Shown piece by piece: positions 9,256 through 17,806 of a stretch of DNA of 64,000 nt (positions within the stretch are counted from its first letter, which is position 1; the number at the start of each line of letters is the position of its first letter). Source of the DNA: Candidatus Binatus sp. Lineage in GTDB: Bacteria > Desulfobacterota > Binatia > Binatales > Binataceae. The notes under the pieces are model-generated. The model searched no databases. It saw nothing but the letters and a program-made list of their open reading frames with translations, and was not told where the DNA came from. A program made the position numbers and the translations under genes. The stretch spans positions 1,071-65,070 of the forward strand of contig NZ_JBEKFG010000002.1 in NCBI RefSeq assembly GCF_050013435.1, written 5' to 3'.

Positions 9256-9747
9256 ATGGCACGGGACACCCGCAATGGCAAACCATCCGGCGACGGATTC
9301 GATCTGGTCGCCGATAACCGCAAGGCGCGGCATGACTTCTTCATCGAGGAGACGCTCGAGGCCGGCCTCGCACTCACCGGCACGGAGGTCAAGTCGCTGC
9401 GGGCGCATCGCGCAAATCTGCGCGACAGTTACGCGCGCATCAAGAACGGCGAAGCGTTCCTCGAGAGCGTCCATATCGGCGCCTACGCTCCTGCGGGCCA
9501 ATTCAGCCACAAGGAAACTCGCGCGCGAAAACTCCTGATGCATCGCCGCGAGATCGATCGCCTGTGGGGCCGGGTGCGCGAGAAGGGCTATTCGATCGTC
9601 CCGCTGAAACTATATTTCAAAAACGGCCGCGCCAAGGTTGAACTGGGGCTCGCCAAGGGCAAGCACTCCTACGACAAACGCGAGGCGATCGCGCGCAAGA
9701 CCTCCGATCGCGAAATCGAGCGCGCCCTGAAAGGACGCAACCGCTAG
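9256..9747 (+). CDS. smpB: SsrA-binding protein SmpB
   Basis: 163 aa with NRKARHDFFIEETLEAGLALTGTEVKSLR and a basic C-terminal tail, adjacent to the tmRNA. Confidence 0.92.
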   Translation: MARDTRNGKPSGDGFDLVADNRKARHDFFIEETLEAGLALTGTEVKSLRAHRANLRDSYARIKNGEAFLESVHIGAYAPAGQFSHKETRARKLLMHRREIDRLWGRVREKGYSIVPLKLYFKNGRAKVELGLAKGKHSYDKREAIARKTSDREIERALKGRNR

Positions 9748-10604
9748 CGCGCCTGCGGGCTCGTCGCGAGTTGACTCAATTCCGCAACCAGGCTCTGGAA
9801 GCTGGCGACGCTCGCCGATAGTTCCGCCGGAGTAGCGCCGATGCTTCCCAGCACGCGCGCGGCGGTATCGTGAAATCGCGCCGGTTTGATCGCGAATCGA
9901 TGCGACTCCGTGAACGCGCCTTTCTCATTGAGAAAAAATCTGCGATTCAGCGCGTAGAGCACCAGCGTCATGAAACCCGCCGCGCGAAACAGACATCCGG
10001 CGACGTACATCACGTCTGCGCGCTCGGCTGGCTTCGCCGCGATCGAAATTTCGAATTCCGCGTCAAAGAGATGCTTGGCTACGGAAGCGGCCCGAAATTT
10101 TTCGGGATATTCGCGTACCAGGGACTTGAGATCGGCGATCGTACCCGCCGGATCAAAAAGCGGACGGCATACATGAACTTCACCCGCGTAAATCTGCATA
10201 TGAAATCCGAGCGGATGACCAAGCTGATAAATGCTGCGAGGGCGTCCGGCGATGCAGTCCTCGATCGCCTCGCGCACCGCGCCAATTTCACGGTAAATGA
10301 AATCGACCTGATGGCCCCGAATCTCGAGCCATCCGCCGCCGTTCACCCCCGCTCCCCACTGGCCAAACGAAGTCACCAATCCATCAAGATGGCGATCGTC
10401 CAGTTCCTGCGCAGCCGCTCCTAGAGCCGCCGTCGAGAATGGATGGGCGCCGTCGTAATAGATTCCGAGATCGATATCCGATCGTTCGTCCGCGCTGCCG
10501 CGCGCGCGTGATCCGCCAAGCACGATCGCGGCTACACCGTCGATCTTCGCGACGCGGCCCGCGACCAGACTGAGTACTTCTTCGATTTCGCTCCGACTTG
10601 CCAC
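9744..10604 (-). CDS. Nucleotidyltransferase (Pol-beta superfamily) domain protein with a C-terminal helical domain
   Basis: 286 aa with the minimal NTase motif GGSRARGSADERSDIDLGIYY (GS ... DxD). Confidence 0.7.
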   Translation of the reverse strand: MASRSEIEEVLSLVAGRVAKIDGVAAIVLGGSRARGSADERSDIDLGIYYDGAHPFSTAALGAAAQELDDRHLDGLVTSFGQWGAGVNGGGWLEIRGHQVDFIYREIGAVREAIEDCIAGRPRSIYQLGHPLGFHMQIYAGEVHVCRPLFDPAGTIADLKSLVREYPEKFRAASVAKHLFDAEFEISIAAKPAERADVMYVAGCLFRAAGFMTLVLYALNRRFFLNEKGAFTESHRFAIKPARFHDTAARVLGSIGATPAELSASVASFQSLVAELSQLATSPQAR

Positions 10605-10671
10605 CCGCCGAGCTTAAGTCGCGCGTCCGAATGGAGCAACGACGAGCGCCGTCGCGGTCTCGACCCCAGTT

Positions 10672-11697
10672 CTAGCTGCCGGCTGACGTATCGGCGCCGG
10701 CCTGCGCGTCGAGCGTGGCCGCGCCCGCCGCACCCAGCAAAGCCTGCAGCCTTGCGATGCGCCTGCCCAGCGGAGGATGCGTCGAAAACAGGTTGGCAAA
10801 GAATCCTTCGCTGTCTTCGCGGATGCCCTCGCGAGGATTGACGATGAACAGATGCGCGGTGCCGGCGGTGCCTTGTTTCAGCGGCGACTCAATTTTCGCG
10901 ATGTGCTCCAACGCGCGCAGCAGTGCTCGCGGGTTGCGCGTGAACTCAACCGACGACGCATCCGCAAGATATTCGCGCTGCCTCGACACCGCCATCGCAA
11001 GCAACTGCGAAAAGATCGGCGCCAGCGCCGCCAGCACGATCACCGCAACCGTGATCAGCACCGCCGCCTGATTGTCGCGACCGGAATTGCTCCTGCCGCG
11101 CGCGCCGAATCCGCCGAAGAACATCCAGCGGTACACGAAATCCGAAAGCATCGCGATTCCACCGACCATCACCGCGATCATCATCATCGTGCGGATGTCG
11201 TAGTCGGCGACGTGCGACATCTCGTGCCCGATCACTCCCTGCAACTCTTCCCGATCCATCTGATCGACCAGTCCCTGGGTGACGCAAATCACCGAATGCG
11301 CCGGGTCGCGCCCCGTCGCGAACGCATTCGGCGACTGATCATCGATGAGATACGGCCTGGGCGCGGGCATCCGCGCCGCAGTCGCCATTTCGCTGATCAC
11401 ATCGAGCACCATCTGATGTTTGGGCGTGTCAGGCGTGAGCGGGCGCGCGTGAACCGAGAGCAGCACCAGCGACGCGCCGCTGTAATACGAAACGATCGAT
11501 TGCACGCCGGCGAAAACCAGCGCGGCAATCGTCAGTACCGGGAAGCCGATCAGCTGTCCGTCGATGATCGCAATATCGCGCGCCGCAAAATCAAGACCAA
11601 GCCCAAGCGCTCCGAACAGCAGCATGAACGCGACGACCAGCACTCCGGTCTCGCGGCGATTGGTCGCTTCGAGACTCCTGAAGTTGCTTGATGCCAT
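10672..11697 (-). CDS. M48 family zinc metallopeptidase (HtpX-like), membrane bound
   Basis: 341 aa with an N-terminal TM pair, the HEMSHV zincin motif, further TM helices and a distal ...EYLAD... Glu. It lies directly downstream of lemA (28-nt gap). Confidence 0.8.
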   Translation of the reverse strand: MASSNFRSLEATNRRETGVLVVAFMLLFGALGLGLDFAARDIAIIDGQLIGFPVLTIAALVFAGVQSIVSYYSGASLVLLSVHARPLTPDTPKHQMVLDVISEMATAARMPAPRPYLIDDQSPNAFATGRDPAHSVICVTQGLVDQMDREELQGVIGHEMSHVADYDIRTMMMIAVMVGGIAMLSDFVYRWMFFGGFGARGRSNSGRDNQAAVLITVAVIVLAALAPIFSQLLAMAVSRQREYLADASSVEFTRNPRALLRALEHIAKIESPLKQGTAGTAHLFIVNPREGIREDSEGFFANLFSTHPPLGRRIARLQALLGAAGAATLDAQAGADTSAGS

Positions 11698-11725
11698 CGA
11701 GCATGCCCGCCGGCGACGCTTGTGC

Positions 11726-12286
11726 TCAGGCGCGCGGCGTGGTCATCGAAAGGTCAACCTTGGGAACCGCCTGCTCTTCCGGAGCGCCTTTGAAATATTC
11801 CGCGGCCTTGAAACCGAAATTGCTGGCGATGAGATTCGTCGGGAAGATTTGGATGCGCGTGTTGAGAGCGAGCACGACGTCGTTGTATGCCTGTCGGGCG
11901 AACGCGATTTGATTTTCCGTGGTCGTCAGCTCTTCCTGCAGTTTGAGCACGTTCTCGTCGGCCTTTAGCTGCGGATAGTTCTCCATCACCGCCATCAGTT
12001 TACCCAGCCCGGTAGTGATCTGGCTCTCCGCCGCCATGCGCGAGGCCTGGTCCGGCGCGCTGACAGCCTTGGCGCGCGCCTCGACGACCTGAGTGAGCGT
12101 GTCGCGCTCGAACTGCATGTAGCCTTTGACGGCTTCGATGAGATTCGGAATCAGATCATGACGGCGCTTCAGTTGTACATCGATCTGCCGCCACGAATTA
12201 TCTACCTGGTTGCGCAGACTGACTAATCGATTGTATGCAAAGACTACCCACACGACGATAGCCACTACGATAATCAAAAACACCAT
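11726..12286 (-). CDS. lemA: LemA family protein
   Basis: 186 aa with an N-terminal TM (MVFLIIVVAIVVWVVFAYN), then RLVSLRNQVDNSWRQIDVQLKRRHDLIPNL and NYPQLKA..., the classic LemA pattern. Confidence 0.85.
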   Translation of the reverse strand: MVFLIIVVAIVVWVVFAYNRLVSLRNQVDNSWRQIDVQLKRRHDLIPNLIEAVKGYMQFERDTLTQVVEARAKAVSAPDQASRMAAESQITTGLGKLMAVMENYPQLKADENVLKLQEELTTTENQIAFARQAYNDVVLALNTRIQIFPTNLIASNFGFKAAEYFKGAPEEQAVPKVDLSMTTPRA

Positions 12287-12427
12287 CTGCGATTCCTCCG
12301 TCGAGAGATCAGCCTGAGGTGGCTTCGCCGGCTGCGCCCACGGCGCCGGCGGTATCGATCGTTACGACCCGCCGGCGCCTGGCGCTAAAGCTTACCTGGC
12401 CGTGGCTCGAAGCGCCCACTGCGCCTG

Positions 12428-12850
12428 CTAGTTTTCGAACTCGACTTTGATCTTGAACGGTTTGCTCTCGGGCCGCTTTGGCACTGTCACTTCGAGCACG
12501 CCGTCCTTGTACGCCGCCTTGATTCCGTCGTGGCTGGCGTCCTCAGGCATCGTGAACGCGCGGCGCATTGTGCCGTACGCCCGCTCGGACAGATGGACTG
12601 CGGCGTCCTTCGACCACTCGGGCCGTTTGCGCTCGGCCTCGACGACCAGATTTCCGTCCTCGACGCGAACATCGACCGATTCACTCGCGATGCCCGCCAT
12701 CTCGAAGTAGAAATGATAGCCGTCCGCATCTTCGACGACGTCCGCGGCCGGCGCCGCCTTGCGCGCGGGTTCGAGCTCGTTCCACAGCACGTTCCAGCGG
12801 CGCAGAAGAGAATCGTTGGGGGTCAGACAGTTATTCATCAGCACTTCCAT
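12428..12850 (-). CDS. Hsp20 / alpha-crystallin family small heat-shock protein
   Basis: 140 aa. The alpha-crystallin domain reads DVVEDADGYHFYFEMAGI...VDVRVEDGNLVVEAERK...YGTMRRAFTMP...IKAAYKDGVLEVTVPK. The start could be the ATG at 12838. Confidence 0.85.
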   Translation of the reverse strand: MEVLMNNCLTPNDSLLRRWNVLWNELEPARKAAPAADVVEDADGYHFYFEMAGIASESVDVRVEDGNLVVEAERKRPEWSKDAAVHLSERAYGTMRRAFTMPEDASHDGIKAAYKDGVLEVTVPKRPESKPFKIKVEFEN

Positions 12851-13057
12851 GCAAAAGCCTCCTGCCGGTATTTGTCTCCGGGGTGATGTTTTATTTCGGG
12901 ACGCCCGGCGCGGCGAAAACTAAAAACCTCTTTCGCACGTATCGCCTTGCGTCCCACAATCTCAAGCTAAGTACGAACTCGCGGCCGTCAAGGCCAATCG
13001 CCGCGGTGCCGCTGATCGGAGGACTGCATCATCGATGCGTCAGGAGCTGATTTTCGG

Positions 13058-14380
13058 TTACGTCAGGTCTCCGGCCCGGCCGATCGCCGCGCGAATGAAC
13101 CGCGAGCGCACCTGCTCCCGGGCCAGAATCCGCTGCGCCGGCGGCAGCGCGAGAATCGTGCGCAAGGCCGCGTTCAAGAAACGCGCGCCGCGCCCGGCCC
13201 CCTCGTCGAATAGGAGCTGTGCGAGCCGGCCGCGCTCGATCACCATGCGCAGCGTGCGCTCGAGCGTGTCGCGCGGGATGTAGGGCGGCTTCCCGTCGCG
13301 CCGCATGCGCATCGCATGCTTGCGACAGGCGTCGGCGCACAGACCGCAGCCGATACATCGATCCTCGTCGACAAGCGGGTGCAGCTCGTTGGTGCGCCGC
13401 GCCTCGCTACGCTCGGGACGCATCGTGATCGCGCCGACCGGGCATGCCCGCGCACACCGCGCGCATCCGGCGCACTTGTCGGGATCGGAGTGCGGCTTGA
13501 AGCCGCTCGGGTTCACGCCATGCAGATCGAACTGGTTGATCGACTGAAGCTGGACGCAGCAGCATGCGCAGCAACTGCAGATGTAGGTCGGCTGCTGTTG
13601 GACGTTGTCGGCGATATGGACCAGGCCGCGGGCGCGCCCGGCGGCGAGCAGGTCGAGCGCCTCCGAACGATCGATGGCGCGGCCGAAGTTGCGACGGATG
13701 ACGAAGTCCGCGCCGGCGTTGAGCGACATGCAAATCTCCTGCGGCGCGTCGCAGGCTTTGCCGAGGTGCTCGGCCTTGTGGCGGCAGTGACATAACGACA
13801 CCGAGCGGGATTGCGCGTCGCCAACGACGGCGGTGGCGCGCTCATAGTCCAGCACCTCGGGCACGTCGTCAGCCAGCCCCGACTCATGCACCAGTGCGCG
13901 CCCAATTACCGTCTCTTCGCCAAAGACCTCGCGCACGAACGTGTCATCGCCGTGCACGTAAGCGTCGAGCGCCTGGGCCATGCGCTTTTTCGGGATCGAG
14001 TCCTTCGCGCGCATCATCGAGAACTCGAAGAAGCCGGCCATCGGCGGCGCCAGCACGTACTTGGTATCACCGGTCTCGGGATGGACGAGGTCGAGCACCA
14101 GGCCGCGGTCGCAGAGGGCCTCCAAGCGGGGCTTGAGCGCCGCGGGGGCAAGGTTCAGGCGATGAGCAATGCCGTCAAGCCCGGTAGGCATGACCGGCAT
14201 CCGCGAGGCCAGCTCGGCCTCCTCGGGGGTATAGAGGATTTCGAGGATTTCCTTCCAACCATTCCAGGCGGCTGGATCGTGCGGCTCCGGGAGCGCAACC
14301 TGGGTAGCCTCCAGGCGGCGCACGTACGCGCGGTACTCATCCTTGAGATGGCCCAAGTGCCCCATCCGAACCTCCCTCAA
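13058..14380 (-). CDS. 4Fe-4S dicluster domain protein with an extra Cys-rich CSCCACCC motif
   Basis: 440 aa with two ferredoxin-type motifs, CAGCARCARACP and CIGCGLCADACR, plus the upstream cysteines LCHCRH and YICSCCACCCVQ. The probable true start is MGHLGHL at 14365. Confidence 0.7.
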   Translation of the reverse strand: MREVRMGHLGHLKDEYRAYVRRLEATQVALPEPHDPAAWNGWKEILEILYTPEEAELASRMPVMPTGLDGIAHRLNLAPAALKPRLEALCDRGLVLDLVHPETGDTKYVLAPPMAGFFEFSMMRAKDSIPKKRMAQALDAYVHGDDTFVREVFGEETVIGRALVHESGLADDVPEVLDYERATAVVGDAQSRSVSLCHCRHKAEHLGKACDAPQEICMSLNAGADFVIRRNFGRAIDRSEALDLLAAGRARGLVHIADNVQQQPTYICSCCACCCVQLQSINQFDLHGVNPSGFKPHSDPDKCAGCARCARACPVGAITMRPERSEARRTNELHPLVDEDRCIGCGLCADACRKHAMRMRRDGKPPYIPRDTLERTLRMVIERGRLAQLLFDEGAGRGARFLNAALRTILALPPAQRILAREQVRSRFIRAAIGRAGDLT

Positions 14381-14588
14381 GACCGCCGAACCGGGATTTG
14401 GTTTTCACTCACCGGTTCCAACTTGGCGTATAGACCCAACGGCCTCGTGCTACAAGCCTCTAGCAGGTTTTGGTCCCCGATGCTTCCAGCCGAGCCGGGA
14501 AAGGCGGGGCTGGCGGTTTTCGAGGCGGTCGCAATCTCTTGCACGAATGGCCGGGCCATCTTAAAGCTGTGCTTCTTCGGCGGCATTC

Positions 14589-15338
14589 ATGACGGCGATT
14601 TCAAGCAACGAAAACGAAACTCGCGACACGATCCTGGACGGGCGTATCGCGCTGATCCAGCCCAGGCATGGGTACCGCTTCTCGGTCGAGGCGATTTTGC
14701 TCGGCCGCTTCGCGCGCGCCAGTACGCGCGAGCGAGTGCTCGAGTTGGGCGCCGGATGCGGCGTCGTAGCGATCATGATGGCCGCCCTTTATCGACCGCG
14801 CGAAGTCGTCGCGATCGAGATCCAGCCGCCACTGGCGGCCATGATTGTCCGCAGCGCCGCGATCAACGGCATCGAGTCGGTGAATGCGGTTTGTGCGGAC
14901 CTTCGGCAGAGAAAAATCGCAGGCGTCGAGCCTGCAAGTTTCGACCTGGTCGTCGCCAATCCTCCCTATCGCGCAGCAGCCGCCGGCCGCGAGAATCCCG
15001 ATCACGGCCGCCGCGTGGCACGCGGCGAAAGCGCTGCCGTTGCCGTGCTTATGGATTTCGTCGCGGCCGCGCACCGCTACGCCCGCCGCGGCGGGCGGGT
15101 TGCATTTGTCTTCACCGCACGCAGAAGCGCCGAGCTGATTTCCGCGATGCGCTCGAAGCAGCTCGAGCCCAAGCGCATCCGTTTCGTTCATCCGCGGATT
15201 GCGATGCCGGCATCGGTGATGTTGATCGAGGCCCGCGCCGGCGGCGGAATCGAAGTAGCTATCGAGCCACCGTTGATTCTCTACGAACGTCCGGGGATAT
15301 ACACCAGCGAAGCGCGCGCAATACTCAGTTCGCCCTGA
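14589..15338 (+). CDS. SAM-dependent methyltransferase, tRNA (adenine-N6) TrmN6/YfiC-like
   Basis: 249 aa with motif I VLELGAGCG and the N6-amino-MTase motif IV DLVVANPPY. Confidence 0.7.
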   Translation: MTAISSNENETRDTILDGRIALIQPRHGYRFSVEAILLGRFARASTRERVLELGAGCGVVAIMMAALYRPREVVAIEIQPPLAAMIVRSAAINGIESVNAVCADLRQRKIAGVEPASFDLVVANPPYRAAAAGRENPDHGRRVARGESAAVAVLMDFVAAAHRYARRGGRVAFVFTARRSAELISAMRSKQLEPKRIRFVHPRIAMPASVMLIEARAGGGIEVAIEPPLILYERPGIYTSEARAILSSP

Positions 15339-15424
15339 CTGAGATACCTCGCCCGTTATTTTACGGGAGAGGAGGCCGACCGCCTGGCGGTCGGTAGGTG
15401 AGGGTTCTGGATCGAGCGCAACCA

Positions 15425-16309
15425 TTACTCAGACGTAAGGAATTCGCTCGCTTGATCCGCGACGTAGCCGGGCATTTCCATCGGCATAAAATGGCCCGCG
15501 GCGGCCACATCGATCACCCGCCCGTTCTTGAGCTGCTTCGCGACTTTTCCGGATAGCACTGCGCCGAGCGAATCCTCGCGCGCGCCGAACATTATCAACA
15601 GCGGCGCCGCGCAGCGTAAAATTCGCCCGAGTCCGTCGAAGTCGCGCGCCGTTTCATAGAATTTTGCCTCGACCTCGGGCGCGCATTTGAGTTCGCGCCG
15701 GCCGTCGCTCGTCGGACGCGTCCCGAACTGGCAATAGTCGCGGACAATCTGCTTGTCCCAGGTGTTATACGGCGGCTTATTGTGGAAGCTCGAGTACATC
15801 GCCTCGACGCTGTCGAAAATGCGCCTGCGCTTCAGCGTCCGCTTGACGAACGGACCGCGCCATCCGAGCTCCGGCGCGGTCGGCGACTCGAAGATTACCG
15901 GCTCGACCAGGACTGCGCGTGAGATCAGGTCCGGGCGCTCGCAAGCAAGCCCGCCGATCGCCGTCGCGCCGGCAGAATGGCCGACCGCCCTAACGCCAGA
16001 CCATCCCATCGAAGTTATAAACCCTTCGAGGTCCCGCATCGTCGCGTCCCAGCTATAGTCGCCGTCGGGCGGCGCCGAGCTGTCGCCGTGGCCGCGCTGA
16101 TCGTAACTGTACACGTGACCAATCGCGCGCAGCGGCTCTGCGAGCGGCCGATAGATGCGGCCGAGAAATCCGGTCGCGTGCAGGATCACGATTGGCGAGC
16201 CGTTGCCGCCCCAGTCCAGCGTATGCATCCGGAGGCCGTTGACGTTCACGAAGCTCGACACCGGTTCACTGAATTTCGAGCTGCTGTCCCGGGGTTCGAT
16301 TTTTTCCAT
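15425..16309 (-). CDS. Alpha/beta-fold hydrolase
   Basis: 294 aa with the oxyanion region ILHATGF, the nucleophile elbow GHSAGA and a late AAGHFMPME His. Confidence 0.75.
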   Translation of the reverse strand: MEKIEPRDSSSKFSEPVSSFVNVNGLRMHTLDWGGNGSPIVILHATGFLGRIYRPLAEPLRAIGHVYSYDQRGHGDSSAPPDGDYSWDATMRDLEGFITSMGWSGVRAVGHSAGATAIGGLACERPDLISRAVLVEPVIFESPTAPELGWRGPFVKRTLKRRRIFDSVEAMYSSFHNKPPYNTWDKQIVRDYCQFGTRPTSDGRRELKCAPEVEAKFYETARDFDGLGRILRCAAPLLIMFGAREDSLGAVLSGKVAKQLKNGRVIDVAAAGHFMPMEMPGYVADQASEFLTSE

Positions 16310-16345
16310 GTCTCGCTGTTGCGAGGAACTACACTCGCGACGAAT

Positions 16346-17641
16346 TCAGTGGTTGGCTTTGTTCTCGATCGCCGCCGGCTCCCGATCGACGGCCTTGGCC
16401 TCGGGAGAGCGGATGTCTTCGAGTGTAAGCGTCTTGAGCAGGTCGTTGCGCAGGGCCCCTATCTTCGCCAGCACGCGGTCGACGCGCGGATCGCCGCCGC
16501 TGGCGCCCTGATCGAACTCGACGGATTTGAGCGCGTCCGCCAGGACGATCGTCGAAGACTGGCGCGCCAGAAACAGCCCCTGATTCAGCGGACCGGCGCT
16601 CGAATCAGCCTCGATTACGAAGCCGCCGGCCTTGAGTCCGTCCAGAATCGGGAGAATTGCGGATTGCGCGACGCAGAGTTCGCGGGCAAGCGTCCACGAC
16701 GTGACTTCGTCACCGCCGTGAAAGGCGCGATCCGCCACCCGGATCAGGATGTGCATCGTCGCCGAATACAGAAAATCCGGCGACATTGGCCCCAGCATCG
16801 GCGGCACGTCACCGCGCTGTACCGCCGCGGTCAGTTCGGCGCCAAACAGAATCACCGACCACGCGATGTAGATCCAGACCAGGAAAATCGGCAGCGTCGC
16901 CATCGCGCCGTAGATTGCCCGATAGTTGGCGACACCTACCTGGAAGCGCACGTATCCCCACTGCGCGAGCTGAAACAGCACCGCGGTCACAAATGAACCG
17001 ATCAGCGCGGGAACATATTTGACTTTGGTGTAGGGGAAAAAGACGAACAGGAAAAAGAATCCGGCCCACACGAACAAGTACGGCAGTAGTTGGGTGATAA
17101 ATGGAAATTGCGAAATCCGCACCGAGAATACCGCGGTCACGCCCAGCGCCGCCACGATCAGGAACGGCACCGTGAACAGCACGCTCAAGTAGTCGGAGAA
17201 CTTGCGAAAATAGCTGCGGCTCTGCGGCACGCTGAAGATCGTGTTGAGCGCCTGCTCGACCGTGCCCATCGTGGAAATAACCGTGATCAGCAGGAACGCG
17301 CCGCCCGCCGAACCCAGTGCGGCCGCATTCACGTTCTCGACGTAGCCCATCAGCTGCGACGACGATGGGCCGAGTCCCAGGTATTGCTCGACCAGTGGAC
17401 GCAATCGTTGCGCGCCGCCGAATCCTTTAACCGCGGAAAATGCCAGCGCAAGAATTGGCACGATCGACAACGCGACCGTGAAAGTCAGCGCGGACGCGCG
17501 CAGCAGATCGTTGTTGCTGATGAATCCTTCGACCGTGTGGTTCAGGACGTGCCAGACGTGAAGCGCGGTTGTGTGCCGCGATGCCCTGGCTTTGAGGTCC
17601 AGGGTCTTGCTCTCGAGCCAGCCGGGTGTGCGTCGCGCCAC
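16346..17641 (-). CDS. YihY/BrkB family membrane protein fused to a C-terminal winged-helix-like domain
   Basis: 431 aa. The N-terminal ~280 aa is multi-TM with the YihY pattern (LRASALTFTVALSIVP...YGAMATLPIFLVWIYIAW). The C-terminal ~130 aa is soluble (WTLARELCVAQSAILPILDGLKAGGFV). Confidence 0.75.
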   Translation of the reverse strand: MARRTPGWLESKTLDLKARASRHTTALHVWHVLNHTVEGFISNNDLLRASALTFTVALSIVPILALAFSAVKGFGGAQRLRPLVEQYLGLGPSSSQLMGYVENVNAAALGSAGGAFLLITVISTMGTVEQALNTIFSVPQSRSYFRKFSDYLSVLFTVPFLIVAALGVTAVFSVRISQFPFITQLLPYLFVWAGFFFLFVFFPYTKVKYVPALIGSFVTAVLFQLAQWGYVRFQVGVANYRAIYGAMATLPIFLVWIYIAWSVILFGAELTAAVQRGDVPPMLGPMSPDFLYSATMHILIRVADRAFHGGDEVTSWTLARELCVAQSAILPILDGLKAGGFVIEADSSAGPLNQGLFLARQSSTIVLADALKSVEFDQGASGGDPRVDRVLAKIGALRNDLLKTLTLEDIRSPEAKAVDREPAAIENKANH

Positions 17642-17806
17642 GTCAGATTACGGCTGCGATACTCATCCGCGATTTCCACCGCAGGATTGCGCCGCCGCCG
17701 ATTTGCCCTTCACGAATCGATTGTCAGGGCATGCCTTGCGCGATGTCAAGCGTGCGGCCGCGCGGCGCGTTGCGCGCCCGTGCGCTTTGCGATTAGCTCA
17801 TCGTTC

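Noticed and set aside
9744-9747. smpB and the convergent nucleotidyltransferase share a palindromic CTAG as overlapping stop codons. coaE and the cobS-like gene have a similar 4-nt overlap at 22671-22674.
   Set aside because: This is a trivial consequence of compact convergent genes, with no evidence of regulatory meaning.
12851-13057. Heat-shock (sigma32-type) promoter or ROSE-like RNA thermometer upstream of hsp20.
   Set aside because: I could not find a convincing CTTGAAA-N13-17-CCCCAT pair or a ROSE-type SD-occluding hairpin by eye.
17090-17806. N-terminal extensions of track ORFs: 17090..20260, 19411..22038, 28418..30214 (the part beyond 30037), 35976..36140, 2225..2656 and 51939..52124.
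   Set aside because: The extensions overlap neighbouring genes and are Arg-rich nonsense. In-frame starts with better RBS or operon logic exist downstream.
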